Shown here: piece after piece, positions 10,659 to 20,901 of the stretch
Position numbering within the stretch: the stretch's first letter is position 1
Layout of the letters: each line of letters starts with the position of its first letter
DNA from: a virus
Virus record (IMG/VR): IMGVR_UViG_3300024520_000057
Coordinates: 1 to 64,000 of that record
Length of the DNA: 64,000 nucleotides
Strand: one strand, 5' to 3'
Translations under genes and position numbers: made by a program
The notes under the pieces: model-generated
What the model was told of the DNA's origin: nothing
Seen by the model: only the letters and a program-made list of their open reading frames with translations
Database searches by the model: none

Positions 10659-11231
10659 ATGGAACACAAAGGATTGAAGTATGATTTCACAAGACCAGGA
10701 GGAGCTTGCTGGAAGTGTAGTTGTGGTTTTGGGACTCCTAATAGAAAGAAATTACACAAACATCTTGAAGAACATAACCAAACACAGGAGAAGGTTAAAA
10801 TGAAAAGCTTATTTGCAAAGCATAAAGAGTTGACGAAACGTGGTGGTGGACGGAAGCATTTTGAGGAGCCGATTACGGTAATTGGCATTGTGGGCAGCCG
10901 ACGCAGAGATAGCAGCAAGGATTATAAAGCTGTTGAGAATGCATTGTTTGCAGAGCTCAAAGGTATTGAGAAGGCATTGATTGTAAGTGGAGGTTGTCCC
11001 AAGGGTGGTGATAGGTTTGCTGAGATGGCAGCAAGTAAACATGGCATATCTATTAGAATATATTATCCAAAGTGGCACAGATATGGCAGGATAGCAGGTT
11101 TCATGCGGAACACCTTGATTGCTGAGGACTGTGATGTCTTAATAGCCTGTGTCCATAAGGATAGAAAGGGTGGAACCGAAGACACCATAAAGAAGGCTGA
11201 GAAGCTGGGCAAACGAGTGGTGCTGATATGA
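10659..11231 (+). CDS. SLOG-superfamily (YspA/DUF2493-like) protein with N-terminal C2H2-like motif
   Basis: IGIVGSRR, IVSGGCPKGGDRFAE, GFMRNTLIAEDCDVLIA, GGTEDTIKKA; N-term CSC...HKHLEEH; possible second start at 10800. Confidence 0.75.
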   Translation: MEHKGLKYDFTRPGGACWKCSCGFGTPNRKKLHKHLEEHNQTQEKVKMKSLFAKHKELTKRGGGRKHFEEPITVIGIVGSRRRDSSKDYKAVENALFAELKGIEKALIVSGGCPKGGDRFAEMAASKHGISIRIYYPKWHRYGRIAGFMRNTLIAEDCDVLIACVHKDRKGGTEDTIKKAEKLGKRVVLI

Positions 11232-11797
11232 CTATTGGAGGATTGATGGAACACAAACCATTGAGCAGCAAGGTTTACATTGATTGTGGGTTTCATGATG
11301 GTAAGTCACTGGAATCATACATAGCAGAGGGTTGGGAGGTTCACGGCTTTGAGCCAAATCCAGGAATGTATAATATGGTGTTGAATAGATTTAGGAATCT
11401 GGTGTCATGTCATTTATACAACAAAGCTGTGTGGATACACAATGCCAGAATCAGACTTCATATTACTAAAAGATCTGAAAGTTGTTCATTATATACAAGG
11501 AGCGATGTAGGTGAAATAGGACTTGTGAGTGTAGAGTGTATTGATTTTGGTGAGTGGATAAGGAAAGCATTTAGCAGAGATGATTACATTGTTCTGAAGC
11601 TGGATATTGAAGGGGCTGAATTTAAGGTTTTGAAGAAGATGTTAGATGATGGATCGATAAATTATATTGACAAGGTGTTTGTAGAGTGGCACAACAATTT
11701 GCACAGTCCAAATAGATTTCCAAAGTGGCTGAATGTTAAGCTGGAAGAGATGATTAAAGCCAGAGGTGTCAAATTCAATTTATGGAAGGGTGTGTGA
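11228..11797 (+). CDS. FkbM-family SAM methyltransferase
   Basis: YIDCGFHDG, HGFEPNP, NKAVW, LKLDIEGAE, VEWH. Confidence 0.88.
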   Translation: MTIGGLMEHKPLSSKVYIDCGFHDGKSLESYIAEGWEVHGFEPNPGMYNMVLNRFRNLVSCHLYNKAVWIHNARIRLHITKRSESCSLYTRSDVGEIGLVSVECIDFGEWIRKAFSRDDYIVLKLDIEGAEFKVLKKMLDDGSINYIDKVFVEWHNNLHSPNRFPKWLNVKLEEMIKARGVKFNLWKGV

Positions 11798-12161
11798 AAT
11801 GAGCAAACGAAAGATACCACATTTTGGATGGATTTATAAAATAGATTTGGATAATATAGGTGGTGGTTGGCAATATTTTGATATCCATTTCAGTCGGGTG
11901 TTAGATGTAGGTGTGCAGGATGGTAAGGTAAAGGTGTGGTATATTGATGACGATACAAACTAACTATTGAGGTTATAGAATGAAAAGATTATTAGAGTTG
12001 GTGGCAATTGCATTTGAAAGTTTGTTGACAGAGAAGTCAAAGAAGTTAAAAGGGCTGCCAAGATTTACAAAAAAACAAATTATGGAAATGTTAACCATAT
12101 CAATGGCAAAGGCAGTGTTAAGGCACATTGATGAAGCTGAAGCTGATAGGGATTTATTGGA

Positions 12162-13046
12162 ATGAAACCAATCATAGCAAGAAGATTAAATTTGAATAAA
12201 GAGGGGAACAGAATGAATCTATTAAACATTAATATACCAGAAGGCAAAAGTGGAAAGTTTCAAATCAAAAATCAAGCATTTCCACCAGGGCATGAATTCA
12301 ATTTATCCAGTGATAGGAATAAAATATTGGGAGGGCAAAACAGAGGAGCCATTGTATTGGATAAGCCATACATAATCAGTAGTCTGTCTGAAACAGGACA
12401 GGGTGTATGGATGACCAATTTACCAGTGGAGCAGGCACAACACAAAGAAGCATTGATAGGATTCCATGGCAATGTTCTGGTAGGTGGACTGGGGCTGGGA
12501 TTGGCTGTGACTATTCTGAGTGCTAATAAAAGAGTGAGAAGTGTCACAGTTGTTGAAAAAAGCAGGGATGTTATTGACCTTGTGTGGGAACATCTGAATA
12601 TTAATAGATTTAAATGTGAAATAGTGCCTCTGGATTTATTTGAATACCTCACAGATGATAATAGAGTATTCCTGGATTTTGATTTTGGTTTTTATGACAT
12701 TTGGCAGAGTGATAGTGAAACAACTTTTTTTGACACTGTGGTTCCATTGAGAAAATTGAGCAGAAATATTGTGAAAGATATTAGGTGTTGGAATGAGAAT
12801 GTCATGAGAGGACAATTGGCATTTAGTTTATCAGGCAGGGTTCAAGCATTCATCCAAGGCACTGTTGATGAAAAGCTGTTTTTTAATAAGGATGACAAGT
12901 GGATGAAATGGACTGTTCCATTTTTTGAATGGTTGGATGGTGATGCTCCAGCTGGAATGGATGAGGAAGATATGCTTGCAAGAATCAAAGATTATGCAGC
13001 CAACTATGGCAGTGAACAATGGGAAAAAGAATGGGGAGAATTGTAA
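12162..13046 (+). CDS. class I SAM-binding protein (spermidine-synthase/methyltransferase-like fold)
   Basis: VLVGGLGLG, VTVVEKSRDVIDLV, FYDIW. Confidence 0.7.
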   Translation: MKPIIARRLNLNKEGNRMNLLNINIPEGKSGKFQIKNQAFPPGHEFNLSSDRNKILGGQNRGAIVLDKPYIISSLSETGQGVWMTNLPVEQAQHKEALIGFHGNVLVGGLGLGLAVTILSANKRVRSVTVVEKSRDVIDLVWEHLNINRFKCEIVPLDLFEYLTDDNRVFLDFDFGFYDIWQSDSETTFFDTVVPLRKLSRNIVKDIRCWNENVMRGQLAFSLSGRVQAFIQGTVDEKLFFNKDDKWMKWTVPFFEWLDGDAPAGMDEEDMLARIKDYAANYGSEQWEKEWGEL

Positions 13047-13251
13047 TGGCAGATTTAAAAAAGACACTGAGTGAATATACACTTGGTGAAGTGTATGGCA
13101 AAACATATATTATTATTTCATACAGTAATAATAAAAAACAATTGATGGAATTGTGTGAAAAGCTGAACAATAATCTAAATTTTGTTATCATTGATTTTGA
13201 AAATGAGAGTTATGGTTTAGCATTGGTTTATGATTTGAATGTGAGGTTTGT

Positions 13252-13602
13252 ATGATGGAAGATAAAGACAAACAAGTAGGCATTGTTCACAATATTTGTG
13301 ACAAGAAGGCATATGACTTTACTGCAACAGTGAGAGAGGAACTTGTAGAATTGGTAAGGAAATTTATGAAGGACAAAGGACTGTATAAACCACACAACAA
13401 ATCAGAAGTGTTCAAAATGGTGTATGAACTTCTGATTAATGGATTTCAGGAAACTGGGAATTATGGGCAACACTCATTGACTAATATAAGAAATTTGATG
13501 GTATATGAGCAGTATTACAGAGCCATGGCATTGAAGTTGGAAAATCAGATTGAAGATTGGATTGAAGAAAAAAAGATATACAGAGGGGAGCTTGAAGAAT
13601 GA
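13252..13602 (+). CDS. hypothetical protein
   Basis: GAGG RBS, ATGA overlap with upstream ORF. Confidence 0.55.
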   Translation: MMEDKDKQVGIVHNICDKKAYDFTATVREELVELVRKFMKDKGLYKPHNKSEVFKMVYELLINGFQETGNYGQHSLTNIRNLMVYEQYYRAMALKLENQIEDWIEEKKIYRGELEE

Positions 13603-13723
13603 GATATCATAATTATTTATTAAATAAGATTAAACATTGGTTTGTCCATAGGAAGGTTACAACAATTTATTATTTGGACAATAACACACCTGTTTTTGCT
13701 GAGTGTAGCAGATGTAAAAAGAG

Positions 13724-14254
13724 TTGGTGGATGTAGTGATGACACATAGACATAAGAAAACAATGAAGATGTTAGATAGATTTGTTATTCCAGGAACAAC
13801 CATATTAGATTTAGGACAACCAAGTGAGCTGTCAAAACTGATGGAAAATCTGTATGATGTGATTTATGTTCGTGGTGATCTGGAAAATAAATCAATGCTA
13901 CACACATTAAGAAATGGTAGATATGATATTGTAACTGCCTTTGAGGTGTTGGAACATCTTGTTGAGCCTGCACAGGTATTAAAGAATTTGAGTTGTAATG
14001 TATTGGTGGCATCTGTTCCACTACCTTATTTCAGCATTATTCAGCCGTATTGGAATAAGAATGATAAATGGGATAGACATTTCCATGAATTTTTCCCATG
14101 TCAGTTTGATTGGTTGTTGGATCATTGTGGATATAAAATCACACATAGGGAATTTTGGACAAATAGAATGTGGAAAAGGGTTGGTATCAGACCATTAATA
14201 AGATGGGTGATACCAAGTTGGTATGCAGTATATTGTAGGAGAAAAACAACATGA
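13724..14254 (+). CDS. class I SAM-dependent methyltransferase
   Basis: TILDLG, YDIVTAFEVLEHL, VASVP, HFHEF. Confidence 0.8.
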   Translation: MVDVVMTHRHKKTMKMLDRFVIPGTTILDLGQPSELSKLMENLYDVIYVRGDLENKSMLHTLRNGRYDIVTAFEVLEHLVEPAQVLKNLSCNVLVASVPLPYFSIIQPYWNKNDKWDRHFHEFFPCQFDWLLDHCGYKITHREFWTNRMWKRVGIRPLIRWVIPSWYAVYCRRKTT

Positions 14255-14553
14255 GAGCTGGGTGAAATAATGGGATATGGAAAAATAAAAGTCTGGATCA
14301 ATAGAACTAAAATAAATGCTCAGTTTATTATGCAGTTAATGGTAGCTCATATATGGTGGGTTACTGTAGAACCAAAGTTATGGATGCTTCTGTTAGTTAT
14401 CCTGTTTTTGGTGTTGAATCAAATTGATTTCTCCAAAGGTGTAGGCAGTGAATGGAGTTACATAGTGAGCAGATCTGAGGAATGGAAGGATATGAGAAAA
14501 GATATTGATGATATTAAAAGGTGTGTAAAAGGATATAAAAGTGGAGATAAATT

Positions 14554-14991
14554 ATGAAATTTAAACAATGGAGTGAATTTAGTAAAGGTGTATTCACAGG
14601 CTTGATGATATTGGTAGGTGTTTCAATTATACATTATGTTATTGGGAGCATTATAATAAAAGAAACAGCTAAACAAAATTTCATTATTGGACAAGGTGTT
14701 GGTAACAGTGAAGGGTATACCAAAGGATATGCTGATGGTAGAGATTTAGGTGCTGATACAGTTTATCAATATATTGATAATGTGTATGAGAATGGTGGTT
14801 TGGTAATTGGTGATATTGCTGGTGATATTATTATTAATGGATGCACATTCAGAAATGTTGGTGGTAGTGAAGCAATTTATGTGGGTGGTTCAAGAAATAT
14901 GAGGGTGTCTAATTGTGTAGTTTGGGGAGTAGATACTGCCATTGCTGTTAAGAAAGATTCAGTTGTTAGTGATGATGGGGTGTTGCAGTGA
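14554..14991 (+). CDS. membrane-anchored protein with GxxxG stalk and short beta-helix (paralog A)
   Basis: N-terminal TM, GQGVGNSEGYTKGYADG, IIINGCTFRN...MRVSNC. Confidence 0.7.
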   Translation: MKFKQWSEFSKGVFTGLMILVGVSIIHYVIGSIIIKETAKQNFIIGQGVGNSEGYTKGYADGRDLGADTVYQYIDNVYENGGLVIGDIAGDIIINGCTFRNVGGSEAIYVGGSRNMRVSNCVVWGVDTAIAVKKDSVVSDDGVLQ

Positions 14992-15488
14992 ATTATCCTT
15001 TTAGAAGATTCATTATTAGCTATGGTGGAACAGTGAGACCACAGCATACATTTTATGAACCAGTGTGCAAGGCTATAATGGAATTGGAATTACAGGATGT
15101 TGCTGAACTTAGATTTATAGGTATTGCAAAGCCTGAATTTTTACAATGGATACAGGATAATTACTTTGAAATTATGATGTATCATGTTGCATATATGCCA
15201 TATCATAGGGTTGTAAAATTTATGAGCAATAGCAATATGTTTTTGCTTGCTACAGGTAGTCATAGCTATGCCAATGCATCAGCAACAGGAAAAATCTGGA
15301 CATACTTTGAATCTAACTCAGCACCAATTCTTCACATAGCAAAAGAAGTTAAGGAAGATAATCACATAAAAGGAATATTGAAACAGGCTGACAGGGGCAT
15401 GAGTTTTGAAGAAAAGGATTATGAGGGAATCAGAGATTTCATAAAAAGTGTAAGTGAAGAATGGTTATATTTATTTGGAGAAGAATGA
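14988..15488 (+). CDS. glycosyltransferase C-terminal (GT-B half) domain protein
   Basis: ISYGGTV, LRFIG, YMPYHRVVKFMSNSNMFLL, TGKIWTYFESNSAPIL. Confidence 0.55.
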   Translation: MNYPFRRFIISYGGTVRPQHTFYEPVCKAIMELELQDVAELRFIGIAKPEFLQWIQDNYFEIMMYHVAYMPYHRVVKFMSNSNMFLLATGSHSYANASATGKIWTYFESNSAPILHIAKEVKEDNHIKGILKQADRGMSFEEKDYEGIRDFIKSVSEEWLYLFGEE

Positions 15489-15967
15489 TGAGTGAATTTA
15501 ATAAAGGTGTATCTGTAGGTTTGATGATATTGGTAGGTGTTTTAATTATATGTTATGTTATGGCAAACAGTATAATAGAGTCCAATGCTAAAGAGAGTCA
15601 CCAGATTGGATATGATGTGGGATATGATTCTGGATATATGGAAGGATATGATAAAGGCAGAGATTTAGGTGCTGATACAGTTTATCAGTATATTGACAAT
15701 ATATATGAGAATGGTGGCTTGGTAATTGGAGATATTGCTGGTGATATTATTATCAATGGTTGCACATTTAGGAATGTTGGTGGCAGTCCAGCAATTGATT
15801 TGAGAGGTGGTGCAAGGAATATTAGGGTGTCGAATTGTATGGTTTGGGGAACAGAAAGTGATGTTGGTGTTGGCATTAAAAGTGTTAAGGCAGATTCAGT
15901 TGTAGGTGAATATGGAACATTTGAACCTGATACAGTTATTAAAGATGGAGTATTAATTAAACCATAA
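15485..15967 (+). CDS. membrane-anchored protein with GxxxG stalk and short beta-helix (paralog B)
   Basis: Core GRDLGADTVYQYIDNxYENGGLVIGDIAGDIIINGCTFRNVGGS nearly identical to 14554-14991; GGAG RBS before 15485. Confidence 0.7.
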   Translation: MMSEFNKGVSVGLMILVGVLIICYVMANSIIESNAKESHQIGYDVGYDSGYMEGYDKGRDLGADTVYQYIDNIYENGGLVIGDIAGDIIINGCTFRNVGGSPAIDLRGGARNIRVSNCMVWGTESDVGVGIKSVKADSVVGEYGTFEPDTVIKDGVLIKP

Positions 15968-15984
15968 TTGATGGGTGTGATGCA

Positions 15985-16326
15985 ATGAAAAAATTTCCAT
16001 GGTTATTATTAATTGTAATTTTAATTGTTGGCAGTTTCCTTTTTATGCTTATTGAATCTGATTATGATAATGTTCAAAGGGAAAAATTATTGATAATAGA
16101 AAATGAAAAGGCTGATTCAGTTCTTCACATGAGAACATTTGAGCTGGGATATAGATGGGGCAGAACAGACATGTGGGGAGACAGTTTGGAAAGAAGACTG
16201 TTGGAGTTTGAGAAGTGGAGATTTCATGAACAACAAATTATAATAAAGGATAATGTATTTAAAATTGATACTGGTGCAGTGATGATAATTAAACCAGGAA
16301 TTAAATATAAATTAGGAGATGATTAA
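15985..16326 (+). CDS. membrane-anchored hypothetical protein
   Basis: N-terminal TM segment. Confidence 0.55.
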   Translation: MKKFPWLLLIVILIVGSFLFMLIESDYDNVQREKLLIIENEKADSVLHMRTFELGYRWGRTDMWGDSLERRLLEFEKWRFHEQQIIIKDNVFKIDTGAVMIIKPGIKYKLGDD

Positions 16327-17144
16327 ATGAGAACAAAATGGTCAGTTCAGCTTTCGATATTTTCAGAATTGGGAGCACAATCACCGAAAACAGTGGTAAT
16401 AATTTTTATTAGTGGTGGAAGCATTGATAGTTTATTTTCTCAAATTAATGAGAAAAGCAAGGAAATATCTGAAGGTGCAGGTGTGGGATTGAAGAATGTT
16501 GTTTGCACCAGAATAAGTGAGGTGGAATGATGCAATGGAGTGGTATTGATGTTGTTTCAACAGACAAAGCAATTGAAATGGGATTGGTTCAGCTCACAGT
16601 TCCAGGATACAGGAATGAAAAGGTAATTGTCAGGGAAGGGGAAAGTATTGGTTACATTTTGCCAACCAAAATGGTGCTATGGACAGAGTGGTGTGTAAGA
16701 CAGGCAAAAAGATTGAATACAGATTCTGAAAGAAAAGCTGTGATTGTAAGTGGTGGAAATAAGTATTACAGTGTTTGGGCAAATCCAATTTCTGAACAGG
16801 GGATGAAAGTAGAGTTTAGACTTTCAAGACCATCAGCAGGGAGGGAAAAATAATAAATATGATAAATTGATTTTGTATATTATCTTAATATGGAGGCTGT
16901 AATGGAAATAGAGTTTGATATTTGTGGTGATTGCAAAAATGTGCCCAAGGACAGGCTTGTAAAGGTGTCTAAGGCAAATGGTGGTATAAAAAGCCACCAT
17001 TTTTATTGTAAGCATTTGTATCCAAAGAGAATAGGCATATTGCCGAAGAACAATCACAATTTTGGTGCACATAAAAGAGGAGGTGGGAATCACGACCATT
17101 CTATGCATGTGTGGAACGTTAAAGAATTTACAAGGATATAAGCC

Positions 17145-17483
17145 ATGAAGAAATACATATATTTGTTGATGTTTATGATCCCAATAGTCTTGTTGTTGAT
17201 TAATAAATTTGTTGCTGATGATCCATCCACCTCTATAATGGAAAAATATAGCAATGAGACAATGGAGCCAGCTTATGGTGAATTGGAATCAGAATCAGAA
17301 GGGGCTGTTACAAAAGATTATGATCCACCTGTGATGGATACTATTGATAATATAGACAGGATTGGTGACATGATAGTGGATTGGGTTGTGGAGTTGGCAA
17401 GTGTATTAACATCACTAACAGGATTTATAATGTTTATTAGGGAAAAAAGGAAAGTGAAGGTGAAAAATGACATTACAAGATAA
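17145..17483 (+). CDS. membrane protein (N- and C-terminal hydrophobic segments)
   Basis: Directly upstream of, and overlapping, the NlpC/P60 gene. Confidence 0.55.
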   Translation: MKKYIYLLMFMIPIVLLLINKFVADDPSTSIMEKYSNETMEPAYGELESESEGAVTKDYDPPVMDTIDNIDRIGDMIVDWVVELASVLTSLTGFIMFIREKRKVKVKNDITR

Positions 17484-17892
17484 AAGATCATATTTTCTTA
17501 CATATGCTCACTTGTTTGTTGGGCAATGGTATAAATGGGGAGGGGATGATCCCACTGGATTTGATTGTTCAGGATTTGTAATTGAATGTTTGAAATCAGT
17601 TGGTATGGTAGATAGGAAAGCTGATTACACTGCTCATAATCTTATGACTATGTTTGCCCACAAGGAAGTGGTGGAACCATTTAAGGGATGCTTGGTGTTT
17701 TACACCACTAATGAGGGTAAGGCATATCATGTAGAAATATGTGTAAGTGATGAGCTCAGTTTGGGAGCATCTGGTGGAGGCAGCAAAACATTAACAATCA
17801 AGGATGCTATGAAAACAAATGCATTTATAAAAACAAGGAAAATAAGGTTAACAACATGGAGGAAATTTGTAGATGTGTTTAAAGAAGATTGA
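17467..17892 (+). CDS. NlpC/P60 (C40) peptidase, endolysin candidate
   Basis: YKWGGDDPTGFDCSGFV catalytic Cys motif; YHVEI catalytic His. Confidence 0.88.
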   Translation: MTLQDKRSYFLTYAHLFVGQWYKWGGDDPTGFDCSGFVIECLKSVGMVDRKADYTAHNLMTMFAHKEVVEPFKGCLVFYTTNEGKAYHVEICVSDELSLGASGGGSKTLTIKDAMKTNAFIKTRKIRLTTWRKFVDVFKED

Positions 17893-17898
17893 GAAATT

Positions 17899-18129
17899 AT
17901 GCCACTTGTAGATAAGTTAGGTGAAAGAGTTATAATCTATGCTCATGGGAAAAGATACAAGGGTATTCTTTACAGCATGGATGATGAAGAAATTGTTTTG
18001 GTAGAAAAAAGGAAAAGAACAGTTGAGTATGAGCATATTCAAACAGATGCATTGACATCTTATAAAGGGGAGATTATTGTAATTGAGAAGCCAGAGGTTT
18101 CAATGGATTTTAAATTTGAAAGACAATAA
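17899..18129 (+). CDS. small protein, possibly Sm/LSm-like fold
   Basis: LGERVIIYAHGKRYKGILYSMDDEEIVL resembles the Sm1 motif. Confidence 0.35.
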   Translation: MPLVDKLGERVIIYAHGKRYKGILYSMDDEEIVLVEKRKRTVEYEHIQTDALTSYKGEIIVIEKPEVSMDFKFERQ

Positions 18130-18216
18130 AGCTGTCTTGTTAGGATAGTGCTCCATGAATTTCTATTTGTAATATGAAGAAAATTTTTTATATTCCACAT
18201 AAAGGAGAAAAATCTT

Positions 18217-18624
18217 ATGGATTGGAAACTTTTTTTAGTCCTATTTGTAATAATCCTGCCAATGTTTCTAATAGCACAGCCACACACAGTTATTCTTAAA
18301 TTTGATGGAACACCAATTCCAGATATAAAAAGCTATCAATTGTTCAAAGTTGAGTTGCCAGATACCAATGAGTTTTGGGACTGGGATAGCAAGCCACTTG
18401 ATTATGTTCCATACAGAACAATTCAACACACCAACCACATGTATTATCTTGATACAACAACTGTAAATTTACCTTATGCTCAATTTGCAGTTTTACAGAT
18501 GGATAAGTCTGGAAATATAGATAAAAAGTTTAATCAGTTGAGCTATGTTGTAGAATTACAGGATTCAGTGACAGTTATTGATATTGAAGTTTCAGGTTAC
18601 AGAATAAAGCAAAGGAAATATTGA
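18217..18624 (+). CDS. secreted protein (Sec signal peptide, Gln at +1)
   Basis: MDWKLFLVLFVIILPMFLIA|QPHT; AAGGAG RBS. Confidence 0.65.
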   Translation: MDWKLFLVLFVIILPMFLIAQPHTVILKFDGTPIPDIKSYQLFKVELPDTNEFWDWDSKPLDYVPYRTIQHTNHMYYLDTTTVNLPYAQFAVLQMDKSGNIDKKFNQLSYVVELQDSVTVIDIEVSGYRIKQRKY

Positions 18625-19253
18625 TGAAAGATGGACACAAACTTTTGATTACAGTTATTGTTATTATACTTATGGCTGTATTGTGTGATAGTTATGTAAA
18701 AGCACAATCATGGGTAGGCTATGATCCTATACATCCTGATCCTGTAGCTGATACCATGCACATTAATTATTCACCACTTGATGAAAGTTTTAACAATGTA
18801 GATATATTAGTGATAAATGGGCTGGATAGTTTTTGGGTGTTTACAGATACACTGTGGGATGATTCAGTTACAATCAATAGTGTTGTAAAAATGAAATTTC
18901 CAATTAATGGTGATTATAGGATAATGAATTTCACCTTTCTTGATTCCCAAGTGGATACAAATAAAAATTATTATTTCAAGTATCAGGTATCAAATGTTCA
19001 GAATCCACCAGTATTAGACATATGGGATGGTGTTTCATTTTTACCATTAACAGCAATTCATGGTGACAGTGCAGTTATAAAAGGTGAAATTAATTTTAAC
19101 ATTGTAGGTAATAAGCAGTATATAGTGTTGCAAATTTATAGGGGAATTGATACAGTGTTATATAATGCATCTGTATCATTAACAGATCCCAGATGGAACT
19201 TTTCCAATTTTAAATTTGAAAGATTAGGTGATTTAAGAATAACAAAGGAGTAA
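18621..19253 (+). CDS. secreted protein (Sec signal peptide, Gln at +1)
   Basis: MMKDGHKLLITVIVIILMAVLCDSYVKA|QSWV; beta-rich mature part. Confidence 0.6.
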   Translation: MMKDGHKLLITVIVIILMAVLCDSYVKAQSWVGYDPIHPDPVADTMHINYSPLDESFNNVDILVINGLDSFWVFTDTLWDDSVTINSVVKMKFPINGDYRIMNFTFLDSQVDTNKNYYFKYQVSNVQNPPVLDIWDGVSFLPLTAIHGDSAVIKGEINFNIVGNKQYIVLQIYRGIDTVLYNASVSLTDPRWNFSNFKFERLGDLRITKE

Positions 19254-19255
19254 TC

Positions 19256-19495
19256 ATGGAACCAATTAAATTTAAAGAACACAATGTGGTGTATGCAGAA
19301 GATCAGCCTGAATATTTGCCTTTGCCAGTGCTTAAATTAGAAGATGGTGAAGTAATATCATGTTGGAAGCTGAATTTTATTGAGAAAATGAAAATCTTGT
19401 TATTTGGCAAATTGTGGTTAAGTATTCTAACATTTAACAAATCTTTACAACCACTGCTGCCATCAGTATCAAAACCATTTTTAAATAGGAGATAA
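19256..19495 (+). CDS. hypothetical phage protein
   Basis: AGGAG RBS; AEDQPEYLPLP...ISCWKL motif I associate with small phage proteins. Confidence 0.6.
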   Translation: MEPIKFKEHNVVYAEDQPEYLPLPVLKLEDGEVISCWKLNFIEKMKILLFGKLWLSILTFNKSLQPLLPSVSKPFLNRR

Positions 19496-19499
19496 TATT

Positions 19500-19823
19500 A
19501 TGGAACAGATAAGCATGGAACAAATGTTAAATGTTTTGGTGGTTGGTGTAATGGCAATTTTGGGAGTGTTGTCTCATTTCTTAAAGAAAAAGGTAACAGG
19601 ACAATCACTGGATGATATCAAAGAGTATTTTTCTGGACATTTCAAGGATACAGCATTAATGTTAATTGGAACAGTGATTGGTGTTGGAATGTTATTTTAT
19701 TTTGAAAATGCCAATTTCCATACAGCATTTTTAACTGGTTACACAGCTGATTCTTTATTCAATAAAGGCAAACAGGATGAAATGTTGAAGGAAATGATTG
19801 AAAAGGAAAAGGAGAAGAAATGA
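19500..19823 (+). CDS. holin-like membrane protein
   Basis: 2-3 hydrophobic segments, highly charged C-terminus, near the NlpC/P60 gene. Confidence 0.55.
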   Translation: MEQISMEQMLNVLVVGVMAILGVLSHFLKKKVTGQSLDDIKEYFSGHFKDTALMLIGTVIGVGMLFYFENANFHTAFLTGYTADSLFNKGKQDEMLKEMIEKEKEKK

Positions 19824-20389
19824 TGAGCCTTGGTTTTCTATCTAAATTGGTAGATTGGAAAGTTGCTCTGATAGTTATTGGGTGTATTGCTGTATTCTAT
19901 GCTTTCAAGTATCACCTTGATCCACAAATAATTGAGGTGGAACCAGTGGTTATTGAAAGGGAAGTATTTACATTTGTTCCTTCACCACCAGATACTGTAT
20001 ATGCAGATACTGTATTTACACCTTATGCAGTATTCATAGACACCAATTACAATAAACATGATGAGGATATAAATAAACTAAAAGGTCATTTAGCAGATCT
20101 TCAACAACAGTTAAGGGATGCAAGGGCAGGAATATTTACAAGTAGAATATCCACTAAACTATTTGACCATAAATATTTTTCATCAGAAGTATGGGCAAGA
20201 AGTCCATTAAAGGTGGATGAGTTTAAAAATCAAGTTATTATCAAGCATGATATAATTTATGAAGATAAATATATGTCAAGAATGAAAGGTCTTGAAATGC
20301 AGATAGGCAAGAGCAAAAGAAAAGGATTCATATATGGTGGAATATTAGGATTTGGACTGGGAGCTGTAACAATGGCTGTGATTAAATGA
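19820..20389 (+). CDS. membrane protein, spanin-like candidate
   Basis: N-terminal TM, coiled coil, C-terminal hydrophobic tail; follows holin candidate. Confidence 0.4.
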   Translation: MMSLGFLSKLVDWKVALIVIGCIAVFYAFKYHLDPQIIEVEPVVIEREVFTFVPSPPDTVYADTVFTPYAVFIDTNYNKHDEDINKLKGHLADLQQQLRDARAGIFTSRISTKLFDHKYFSSEVWARSPLKVDEFKNQVIIKHDIIYEDKYMSRMKGLEMQIGKSKRKGFIYGGILGFGLGAVTMAVIK

Positions 20390-20901
20390 AATGCACATGG
20401 AATTGTTTATAATTTTTATAATATTGTTAAATTTGTTTCAGGTATGTTATGAATACAATAATAGTTAAATTGCAATGTCAACAAGTTGAATGTGTTCATA
20501 ATTTATTATATTGTTGTAATTTGAAAACATTGTTAATTAATAAGGATGGTAGATGTTCACAAATTCAAATAAAAAAAGAGGATAAAAGTGTGCACAACAA
20601 GCAGTGATAACAAGTCATTTGACTTTAGCATAGATAAGTTAAAGGAAGCAATTGAAATGGTGAATCAGATTGAACCATTTTATAAGTTTGCTAAGAAATT
20701 GAAACCAGATTTTGATCCAGAAAAACATACTATGCTCTTAAATTCAGATTTGGTAATGACTTGTATGGGTGGAAATGAAAATACACCATATTATGTAATT
20801 CTTTCACCATATGCTGAGAAGGATAGTGTTGTATTTATTGATAATGAGAAAATAAAATTTATGAATCCATTTGTAGAATTAAAGAGGAAGGAACAAGACC
20901 A

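Noticed and set aside
14738-15790. Near-identical ~130-bp pair as a DGR template/variable repeat
   Set aside because: Differences are mostly synonymous and not adenine-specific, both copies are coding, and no reverse transcriptase is in the window
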